This document shows, piece by piece, positions 9,101 to 15,785 of a DNA stretch of 17,520 nt. The notes beneath the pieces were generated by a model. It saw only the letters and a list, made by a program, of their open reading frames with translations, had not been told where the DNA came from and made no database searches. The stretch covers positions 1-17,520 of the forward strand of contig CAZECW010000167.1 in NCBI GenBank assembly GCA_964510585.1. Direction: 5' to 3'. This DNA comes from an uncultured archaeon. Lineage in GTDB: Archaea; Asgardarchaeota; Jordiarchaeia; Jordiarchaeales; Jordiarchaeaceae. A program made the position numbers and the translations under genes. Numbering within the stretch: the first letter of the stretch is position 1; each line of letters opens with the position of its first letter.

Positions 9101-9229
9101 CAAATGATTGAGCAGAAAAAAGAGCTAGCCAACCTAATAGTTGGCACTGGCGAAAGCTGGCTTACAGAACTTTCAACTGAACAGCTCAGAGAGTTATTCG
9201 CACTTAACCGCGAAATGGTGGGAGAATAA
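6113..9229 (+). CDS. Snf2/Rad54-family (SSO1653/HelZ/YwqA-type) DNA-dependent ATPase, with a DUF3670-like region
   Basis: Motif I LADDMGLGKT, motif II LDEAQNIKN, motif III LTGTPVENRLSELWS, and C-terminal 'WWNPAVENQATDRAFRIGQ'. TTG start (MIVLHAIW). Confidence 0.95.
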   Translation: MIVLHAIWHTIDAGKLHIWAESSHKAIDSLKGEGTQIKRGKNQQHPFTLSSDQLVEAIGGLSGSLIAERTSSENLTIFLPSTPKAPLPSPELILGEKYAYEKATKLAPWKINTVALDPNLTLDFLLSLPTRPPHGVAFGSSLRFWTEVAKFSLEILLSQNFAPTIQETQHSGATVFKAAWEVKFTEEDFEKMNLLSKAMPPICRACGENKTSWDIILDFLNQTVDSFVRGSLSSSTLLSPTKRSREVSLPEQWLRALSSEDPTLDFPVEKLRVFSKEIQSWLGKSRLVDPNAPFRTCFKLEPPGEDGEKDSDWRVSFHLQARDDPSLLVPADKVWRERTKVLTFLKRRFENPQERLLTDLGMASRLFPMIEESLKTAHPMELRLSSEQAYTFLRQYAPLLKQSGFGVLLPSWWQKPAARLGVKLTLKKASDPKIGSGILGMESILSYDWKISLGGETLSLKEFEELVNLKVPLVRVRGQWVELRPEEVEKAIKYFKGRRGSGEMTLGEALRIGLGQEESEVGLPVVEIEGDGWLKDFLDKLSNPTKLSTIKTPMTFRGELRPYQLRGVSWLAFLKQFGLGACLADDMGLGKTIQVIALLLHENNGEPDRSKRGPTLIICPMSIVGNWYREIQRFAPSLKVMVHHGLDRLSGQDFEKEAKKHHVVITTYSLAHRDEETLSRIEWECIVLDEAQNIKNNAAKQTQAIKRLKAKHKIALTGTPVENRLSELWSIMDFLNKGYLGTVKDFHTKYALPIEKYRDPNRAEALKRLVQPFILRRLKTDKTIIKDLPEKMEMKVLCNLTREQATLYEAVVEDMMEKIENSEGIKRKGLVLSTLMKLKQVCNHPAQFLHDGSKLPGRSGKLARLEEMLEEALAEGDKSLIFTQFAEMGAMLHNHLQETLDCETLFLHGGTPKRQREIMIQRFQDEKRGPPIFILSIKAGGLGLNLTAANRVFHFDRWWNPAVENQATDRAFRIGQTRNVQVHKFVCAGTLEERIDQMIEQKKELANLIVGTGESWLTELSTEQLRELFALNREMVGE

Positions 9230-9231
9230 AA

Positions 9232-10152
9232 ATGGGTCGAAGAAGATATTATTCACCTTACTATGACGGCTACTTTTATGATTATTATCAGTCCTCACCG
9301 ATACCTGTTGAGAATGGTATAAAAGCTAAAAGCCAGCGGGGCGACATTGGCGAAACCTGGTGGTCTAAGCGCTGGGTTAGAGTTCTTGAATCCTTCGGAA
9401 TAGGTTCAAGGCTTGAACGTGGCCGTAACTATGCCCGTAGAGGGCAGGTAATTTCCATAGACGTTAAGCCCGGCATTGTTAAAGCTAAGGTTCAAGGTTC
9501 ACGGCCCAAACCCTACAATGTGACAATCAAACTGCAACCAATATCGGATCAAGACTGGGAAAAAGTGGCAAACGCCATGGCTTCACAGGCAGTATTCGCA
9601 GCCAAGCTACTTTCTGGCGAGATGCCAAAAAACATAGAGGAAGCATTCCAGGAAGTTAAAGTGTCACTTTTCCCAACATCACACGGCGAACTCGATACAG
9701 ATTGTTCATGCCCCGATACAGCCAACCCGTGCAAACACATTGCAGCCGTCTATTATTTGTTGGCAGAACGTTTTGATGAAGATCCTTTTCTAATATTCAA
9801 ACTGAGGGGACGAACAAAAGAGGAAATCATGGAGACCCTCAGAAAAAAGCGTGTAGAAGCATTATCCCAAGAACACATCCCTGAAACAAAAACTGTTCTA
9901 GTGGAAAATGACGCAACTCCATCACTCGAAGAATATCTGGACACCTTCTGGCAGGCAGGAGAAAACCTGGATACCTTCACCGTGAATCTCACAACAAAAA
10001 GAACTGTGGAAAAAGGAATCCTAAAAAGGCTTGGAGATGCTCCCTTTACAGTAGAAGGACACAATATCACCCATATTTTATCAAAGGCCTACGACTTGGT
10101 ACGTGCAAATGCTTTGAAAAAAGCTTTGATTGAAACACGCGAAACGGATTGA
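9232..10152 (+). CDS. SWIM zinc-finger protein, partner of the Snf2 ATPase
   Basis: CSCPDTANPCKH = CxC-x(n)-CxH SWIM motif; N-terminal 'WWSKRW...RLERGRNYARRGQV'. Starts 2 nt after the Snf2 stop codon. Confidence 0.92.
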   Translation: MGRRRYYSPYYDGYFYDYYQSSPIPVENGIKAKSQRGDIGETWWSKRWVRVLESFGIGSRLERGRNYARRGQVISIDVKPGIVKAKVQGSRPKPYNVTIKLQPISDQDWEKVANAMASQAVFAAKLLSGEMPKNIEEAFQEVKVSLFPTSHGELDTDCSCPDTANPCKHIAAVYYLLAERFDEDPFLIFKLRGRTKEEIMETLRKKRVEALSQEHIPETKTVLVENDATPSLEEYLDTFWQAGENLDTFTVNLTTKRTVEKGILKRLGDAPFTVEGHNITHILSKAYDLVRANALKKALIETRETD

Positions 10153-10432
10153 CAATCCCCTCGACAGAAGTCTGAGACCTTCCCGCCAAAGATCCTCATA
10201 TTTCTCTGGTTGAAAGAGAGTCACAGTTAACCGAGTGTCACCTTCTTTGGTTTCGTTTAGTTCACGTCCTGCCCCCCATATTGAAGCCTGTTTTGAGTCT
10301 ATTCTTCAGGGTAAAAACGCCGAAAAAAAGGCACCTACGGGAGGAAAATAAAATCCAAAAAAATTAAAGGGAACCCACCCCATACTCGCGAAGGGGAAAG
10401 ACTGAAAGGTACCAATTGAGACATACAACCAC

Positions 10433-10496
10433 ATATGGCACCAGAAAAAACCCAAAATGTGATGGGATAAAAACTTTTAAAAAATGGTGCCCATAT
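10433..10496. promoter_or_regulatory. Inverted repeat flanking a putative BRE/TATA upstream of 10559
   Basis: ATATGGCACCA (10433-10443) ... TGGTGCCCATAT (10485-10496, 1-nt bulge), enclosing AAAAACTTTTAAA. Confidence 0.3.
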
Positions 10497-10558
10497 TTAA
10501 TAAAAAGGAATGAGTAATTGTCGAATTTTTTTGACTGGTTCATTTATGGTGGGTAAAT

Positions 10559-11119
10559 TTGGCTGAATTTGAGGGTGAATGTTCAGAGTGGCTTAATGAG
10601 TGTTTGAAGGTGTTTCCAGAACTGGGAAAAAAATACGTTGCAATCGCTAGGTACTATCGGCTTCCTAAAAAAATGTTAAGCAGAATCAGAATAAATAAGC
10701 TAAACATGGACATCGACGTCGAAGCCCTACTACTACATGGAGAGAGCAAGCCAGAATCCAGAATAGTACTAAGAGGGTTCTGCGAAATTCAAATCAACAA
10801 TAGGCTAAAAGAGATTGAAAATAAAGAAGTGAGGAAGCAGATTGTCCAACACACCATGATTCACAACCTGCTATACGCAGAGAGAAAAGACCTTGAAACC
10901 ACGGGAAAAAAGAAGGGAGCGAAGCAAAAAAAGAAAGACGAAGAAGAATTCGATGAAGAAGTATTCCAACGCTTCAACAAACTACGAGAACTAAATGGGC
11001 TCCCCCCAATCAAAAAAAGAGAAGACCTCGACCTAGCATTCGCCAAAATCCTAACAAAACTAGATGAAACAATCGCTCAAAAAACAAAAACCACCAAAAA
11101 GCCAAAAGCAAAGAATTAA
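10559..11119 (+). CDS. Hypothetical protein, zincin/SprT-like with a degenerate HExxH motif (HNLLY) and a Lys-rich tail
   Basis: 186-aa ORF with TTG start after GGTGG. Coding is supported by a diverged paralogous copy at 3520-3913. 'EIQIN...IVQHTMIHNLLY' occupies the position of the zincin helix. Confidence 0.75.
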   Translation: MAEFEGECSEWLNECLKVFPELGKKYVAIARYYRLPKKMLSRIRINKLNMDIDVEALLLHGESKPESRIVLRGFCEIQINNRLKEIENKEVRKQIVQHTMIHNLLYAERKDLETTGKKKGAKQKKKDEEEFDEEVFQRFNKLRELNGLPPIKKREDLDLAFAKILTKLDETIAQKTKTTKKPKAKN

Positions 11120-11456
11120 TCCCAGAAATATCCACAAAACAAAAATGAAGCACAAATATAAAAAGGCCAAAAGAGCCAGACAAAAAACACAATATGTTTA
11201 GTAAAAACTCCGTGAGCATCGGTTTATTGCTGGATGATGCGGTTTTGACTCGTCTCCGCATCCTGTTACTCATAATTTCCACATAATGCTGTTAAAAAAG
11301 AGGATGGGAAATCGGGTGTTTCCAATCTGTCACCACAACGAGCTCGCACATCTAGGAGTTTATATTAAACATATGGAAAAACAAAACAAAACAAAATAAA
11401 AGAGATAGGGAAAGAAACACATCCGTGCAGAATTAGAGGCAAAATTTAAAAAAATT

Positions 11457-12077
11457 ATGGGCAAGAAAAGCCAAGCTTCGGAAGTGTCAAAAATTATGAG
11501 AGCGAATAAGATTAGAAAATCGGTTAAGGTTGGCGTCCTACTCCTAATGGTTGGCCTCACCCTAATCCTGTTATCCTCCGCCCTAAACAATTACCTTGCC
11601 TTTGAGATACGCCCAATCAGCGGAGAGCAGGCCTGGGCTCGGGGCGAATGGGTTCTTGTCCCCCCAAAAGGCTACTTTATAAAAGTCATTGCCGCCGATG
11701 CGGGCGACACTGTAGGTGGCTCATACCAAGCCTCAGAACGCTTCCACGTATTCCTATTCGACGATGAAAACTTCATAAAATTTGTATGCGGAGCACCCAA
11801 CTATACACCCATATCCTCCACACTCTGGTCAACCGCAGCCTGCTACTATGGAGCCACACTAAGAGACGGCCACTTTTTCGTCGTCATCCACAATCCCACA
11901 GATCGCATTGCCCTACTTTACTCCTGCTGCCACTTCTACGACACCGAGTCCCTACCCTTCCCCAAAACTGGAAGCTTTATTCCCCCACTCCTACTAGTGC
12001 TGGGAGCACTGTTTTCAATTGTCGGATTAGTACTCCTGATCTGGAAAAAGTTTTATCAAAAACCCCGATTTTCCTGA
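11457..12077 (+). CDS. Membrane protein with N- and C-terminal TM helices and a beta-rich (GOLD/emp24-like?) central domain
   Basis: Hydrophobic stretches VGVLLLMVGLTLILLSSAL and FIPPLLLVLGALFSIVGLVLLIW. Central pattern 'GDTVGGSY...FHVFLFDDENF...GHFFVVIHN'. The domain call is tentative. Confidence 0.75.
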   Translation: MGKKSQASEVSKIMRANKIRKSVKVGVLLLMVGLTLILLSSALNNYLAFEIRPISGEQAWARGEWVLVPPKGYFIKVIAADAGDTVGGSYQASERFHVFLFDDENFIKFVCGAPNYTPISSTLWSTAACYYGATLRDGHFFVVIHNPTDRIALLYSCCHFYDTESLPFPKTGSFIPPLLLVLGALFSIVGLVLLIWKKFYQKPRFS

Positions 12078-12148
12078 AGTTATGTTTTGCCTAAATCGTC
12101 TATTTTTCTCTGTTAGACTCTTCTTAACTTTGGGAGGGTTAACGACAT

Positions 12149-12415
12149 TTATTGGTAATCCCTGCACACAGATTGAAGGTGGGTCTTAAGGGGCAAATAG
12201 TGCTTCCAAAGATGGTGAGAGACAAACTTGGTATTAAGCCCCGTAGCTACGTGATAGTGGATCTCACCTAGTTCTAAATATGTTTTCCTCTTTTCCCTCT
12301 TCTTGAGGGCGAATATCAATTCTCTAGTGAAATGGAGGTCACTCATCATAGGGTGCTGTGGGAAATCCTTTGAAGCCTTCTTTCGCATAACCTCTTTTTC
12401 CTCTAAGGGTATCAT
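12149..12415 (-). CDS. Small hypothetical protein (88 aa), possible antitoxin-like partner
   Basis: GGGGTGA SD 6 nt before ATG 12415; helical charged N-terminal half 'EEKEVMRKKASKDFPQHPMMSDLHFTRELI'. The C-terminal part may be a read-through extension. Confidence 0.5.
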   Translation of the reverse strand: MIPLEEKEVMRKKASKDFPQHPMMSDLHFTRELIFALKKREKRKTYLELGEIHYHVATGLNTKFVSHHLWKHYLPLKTHLQSVCRDYQ

Positions 12416-12421
12416 TTCTTT

Positions 12422-12760
12422 TCACCCCTATTACAAAATAATTTATTCCTTCCACCGATGCCACGGCTAAATGTAGAGCCTCTTCGGGAATACTCAGATA
12501 TTTGAGGTATTCTCTGGACAAAGCCTCAGCATCCAAACTTACTGACAAAACTTGGAGCGGACTAACCAATCTAGCCAGTCCATCTCTCAATTCGCCATTA
12601 GGCGCGGCTCCAATTTCTGCTAACACTAGTTCCGATATAAAAGCCTCATAGTTTGGCAATATTTGCCAAAAAACCTAGAGGTCAACTCCTTCCTCCTCCG
12701 GTTCTCGAATCAAAGCATCGAGAAAGAAGTATCAAGATACATCGTTGCTTTTCGAGATAT
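12422..12760 (-). pseudogene. PIN-domain (VapC-like) toxin pseudogene, frameshifted and 3'-truncated
   Basis: Fragments ISRKATMYLDTS (PIN first acidic motif) / RRKELT / FWQILPNYEAFISELVLAEI...AEALSREYL...EALHLAVASVEGINYFV sit in different frames. The expected C-terminal third is absent. Confidence 0.75.
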
Positions 12761-12943
12761 AACCTTATCACTCTAACGATTTACCTCTTCCACCCCCACA
12801 CCCTTTTCAACCTTATTTAAATCCTGCGCTTATCCTAGTTAGTTCCACAACACTTGAGCTTCTTCTGACATGCTTTATGTTTTCAATCCCCCTTCTCTAC
12901 AAAACTTACAGGAACAAATTTTATATCCGCAATCCCGTCTTGA

Positions 12944-13128
12944 CTTTCAATCCTCGTTGCTAAGGAACTCTTTTTGCAAGTAAATGATACGTTTATGTTC
13001 CTTCAGAACAATCGAAGTCTTTCAATCCTCGTTGCTGAGGAACTGCTTTTGCAGGGCTGCTGAAGGTTTCCATGTCGGAGGCTAAGGTTAACTTTCAATC
13101 ATCGCTACTAGAAACTCTTTTATGGACA
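12944..13128 (-). CRISPR. Orphan CRISPR mini-array: 3 repeats of 37 bp (third degenerate), 2 spacers (38 and 36 bp)
   Basis: R1 12944-12980 CTTTCAATCCTCGTTGCTAAGGAACTCTTTTTGCAAG; R2 13019-13055 CTTTCAATCCTCGTTGCTGAGGAACTGCTTTTGCAGG (33/37); R3 13092-13128 CTTTCAATCATCGCTACTAGAAACTCTTTTATGGACA. The reverse complement ends in the canonical ATTGAAAG handle. No cas gene in the window. Confidence 0.85.
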
Positions 13129-13152
13129 CAAAATAAAAAGGAGGAAAGAACT

Positions 13153-13504
13153 ATGAAAATTTTGATTCCTACTAATAGAGCGGACAGTGATTCTTTGGAA
13201 ATTCACTACTCAAAACACTTATCACAGAGGTTGAAAATAAGAAAAATTCCTCGGGATCTACCCAAAACCGTGCTTCTGAGAGCTGAAAAAAGATTCACAG
13301 TTACAAGAACCGGACACAGAATCGCGGTCAAGAAGATAAATTATAGGGGAAAAGAAAGATTTATCATGGTTGCCTTTGATTTCAGATAAAGGAATCACGA
13401 TAATAACTTGCCACCCTATCGAAGAAAAACAGGTATCTAATCGAGTAAAATCTGGAAGGTGGTTGCATGAAAGAGAAGAGAATCCCCCGAGTACTCTACG
13501 ATGA
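13153..13504 (+). pseudogene. DUF4258-like (BrnT/RelE-fold) toxin, frameshifted near 13384
   Basis: GAGGA SD then ATG 13153. 'YSKHLSQRLKIRKIP' matches the family N-terminal motif. The frame stops at 13389 (AFDFR*), but the shifted frame continues DKGITIITCHPIEEKQVSNRVKSGRW, the expected C-terminal strand, to TGA 13504. Confidence 0.7.
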
Positions 13505-13679
13505 GGAAAGCGACATACTCTACGTGGTAATCGCTGAAGGAGAGGAGGAAGGCTTCATAGAACTCGCCCCAGGCATTAATCTAGAAATAGGCGAAAAGGG
13601 CAAAATAATAGGATTAGAAATAATCAACGCCAAAAAACTCATGGAAAAGAAAACAACAAAAATACTAAAACAACCATAA
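13467..13679 (+). CDS. DUF2283-family putative antitoxin
   Basis: Signature 'YDEESDILYV...GKIIGLEIINA'; overlaps the 3' end of the toxin frame. Confidence 0.85.
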   Translation: MKEKRIPRVLYDEESDILYVVIAEGEEEGFIELAPGINLEIGEKGKIIGLEIINAKKLMEKKTTKILKQP

Positions 13680-14275
13680 AACCCAAAAACTCAACTCAAC
13701 CCCCAGCAAAACCCCACCACAAAAGAACCAATTACACAAAAAGGGCACATCCCTAATCCCATCAGCAAAATGGAAAAAACCTTTAGCCCCCATTACCGCC
13801 TTTACAAGCTGATATAGTGAAATTCGGCGCAATGTAATGTGTATGTATTTTTTGTTTATGGGAATGGTATGTCTTGTGCGCGAAGGATACCCATTCTCGA
13901 CTTGAGAAAATTTAACACCTCCCCCTGAAAATAGAAGGCATAGACCCTGCCACCATTAACCGAAAGCACGAGAAGAACCCTTGAACTTGTTTTTCTCACG
14001 TCAGTGTACCTCACCTCCAAAAGCTGTAGAGGGTGTATGGAAACTCTAGGCCGCCTAGTGATGTTAGAAGTGCTGAGGGGGGGTGGCGTCCTCAACTTTT
14101 AGAAGGGCAAAATCCTGGGAATCACCAGAGTAACACCAAACGAACTCTTTGGGCAAAAATCCTTCTTTAAAAAAGGGGGTCGCATTGAAGTAGGAAAAGG
14201 TTTGTAATGCTTTAATCCTTGGTTTCCAATTTATGGTTATAAAAAGGCTTAATAATTCCTTATTTTATATCATTT

Positions 14276-14974
14276 TTGGTGAATGGTTTGGACGATTTGG
14301 AGTTTTCTATTCTGTTCTACTTGATGGAGGGCACAAGGAGTATTAGAACGTTACACTCACTGGTGGGTGCTCCCATATCTACAATGTATCGCAAGATAGG
14401 GGAATTAGAGGAGAGAGGCTGGGTAAACGTGAGAGATGGGGAGGTGAGTCTCTCAGAAAAGGCTGTTTTACTTCTGAACCAGAAGTTCGAAGTTGCAGTC
14501 GGCGTTATACATGTAGAACACCAGATGTTAAACAGGACACTTTTAAAGGCATACCAATTTGAAGGTTGGGAGAATCAAATCAAAAGTGTAATAGAAATAT
14601 CAGAATCCAAAGGTTTAGACTACGCAGTGGCTTCAGAAACAGCAGCCTACCTCTATACCCGTTACCAAACCCCATCTTCATGCGTTATGTACATCCGCGA
14701 AAAAGACAAAAAAGTTTGGACCCAACTACTTAGAGAAAAAGGCTATAGGGAAGCCATTGAGGGAGAATTAGCTGATGTGGTTTTGCTACCTGTCCGCTCC
14801 CTTCCCCAAACTGTTAATGTGAATGGAGTGTGGTGCGTTTCACCAAAGCGTGTATTCCTCGAGGGACTCTCTCAAATGGGGCGGGGGCTTCTTGACTCTC
14901 TGGCCATTTCCAAGACCCTGGGAGAAAAAATATTTTTAACTGTTCCGGAGGAGCTCACTGATGTCATTGCTTGA
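14276..14974 (+). CDS. Winged-HTH transcriptional regulator with an AbiEi-like (type IV antitoxin) C-terminal domain
   Basis: N-terminal wHTH 'SIRTLHSLVGAPISTMYRKIGELEERGWV'. C-terminal 'YAVASETAAYLYTRYQTP...MYI...DVVLL...VSPKRVFLE...GRG', resembling AbiEi_2-type domains. Confidence 0.7.
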   Translation: MVNGLDDLEFSILFYLMEGTRSIRTLHSLVGAPISTMYRKIGELEERGWVNVRDGEVSLSEKAVLLLNQKFEVAVGVIHVEHQMLNRTLLKAYQFEGWENQIKSVIEISESKGLDYAVASETAAYLYTRYQTPSSCVMYIREKDKKVWTQLLREKGYREAIEGELADVVLLPVRSLPQTVNVNGVWCVSPKRVFLEGLSQMGRGLLDSLAISKTLGEKIFLTVPEELTDVIA

Positions 14975-15548
14975 CGACTTTCTCGTATCCTGCCAGGAAT
15001 CAAACGCTAAATATGCTCTGGTCGGTGCCTGGGCCCTAATTCAAATAACACGGTACCGAACAACACATGACGTTGATGCGGCCGTGTCAAAAAAGGATCT
15101 CTGGAAACTCAAAGAAAAACTTGAGGAAAAAGGCTACTTCTACATTCATAATCCCCGCTTAGAGAAACACGAGTTCAAACATTCAGAAAAGGGAGACATC
15201 GACATCTACACAGAAAACATTGGAGGAATACCCGTGGAGCAATTAATAGAACGAGCCACCCCAATAAACTTCGAGGGACGAAACATAACATGCATATCGC
15301 CAGAAGACCTCATACTAGTAAAATTGGCTGCAGGAAGAGAAAGAGACATGGCAGACATCGCAATAATCCTATACCACATTGTAGAAAAACTTGATTGGAA
15401 CTATCTAAACGAAGAAGCCAAAAAACTAAACATCAAACTAAGAGATAGACTAACAAACAGTATACAAAGACTACCAATAAACATCGTCAATCCCCCCAAG
15501 GCAAAGAAACACCTAACAGAGAAAATAAACGAACTAACCAAAACATAA
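14961..15548 (+). CDS. Nucleotidyltransferase, AbiEii/DUF6036-like (putative type IV toxin)
   Basis: 'YALVGAWA...RTTHDVD' and 'SPEDLILVKLAAGRERDMADI' motifs; 14-nt overlap with the upstream gene. Confidence 0.8.
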   Translation: MSLLDDFLVSCQESNAKYALVGAWALIQITRYRTTHDVDAAVSKKDLWKLKEKLEEKGYFYIHNPRLEKHEFKHSEKGDIDIYTENIGGIPVEQLIERATPINFEGRNITCISPEDLILVKLAAGRERDMADIAIILYHIVEKLDWNYLNEEAKKLNIKLRDRLTNSIQRLPINIVNPPKAKKHLTEKINELTKT

Positions 15549-15785
15549 ACAAGAGAACAAAAAAGAGGGAAGAAATTAAGTTGAGAAAGCCGCAAGTCTC
15601 AAACTCCCGGTAAAGCAACCACTAAATGTAGATCTTCTCGTTGATTTTTTCCTTTTTGCTGCCCTGAAACTATTCCTTTTCCCCTCTTTTGATGAAAAGG
15701 TGTTATAAATAACCCATTTTCGAGACGTCTTAATAAAAATTAAAGAGAAAATCTATGAGAACGTATTGACAGGTAGTGTGGTATA

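Noticed and set aside
10396-10422. CRISPR-repeat-like ending ATTGAGAC
   Set aside because: Single occurrence with no periodic partner.
12804-12916. Possible extra degenerate repeats (TTTTCAACC at 12804, TTTTCAATCC at 12880)
   Set aside because: Only 7-9 nt of similarity, and the spacing to R1 is 64 nt rather than 73-75.
13072-13152. Upstream extension of the toxin ORF
   Set aside because: It runs through spacer 2 and repeat 3; a GAGGA SD supports ATG 13153.
13856-14095. 79-aa minus-strand ORF and stop-interrupted plus-strand fragments nearby
   Set aside because: No recognisable family; possibly decayed coding DNA, but unsupported.
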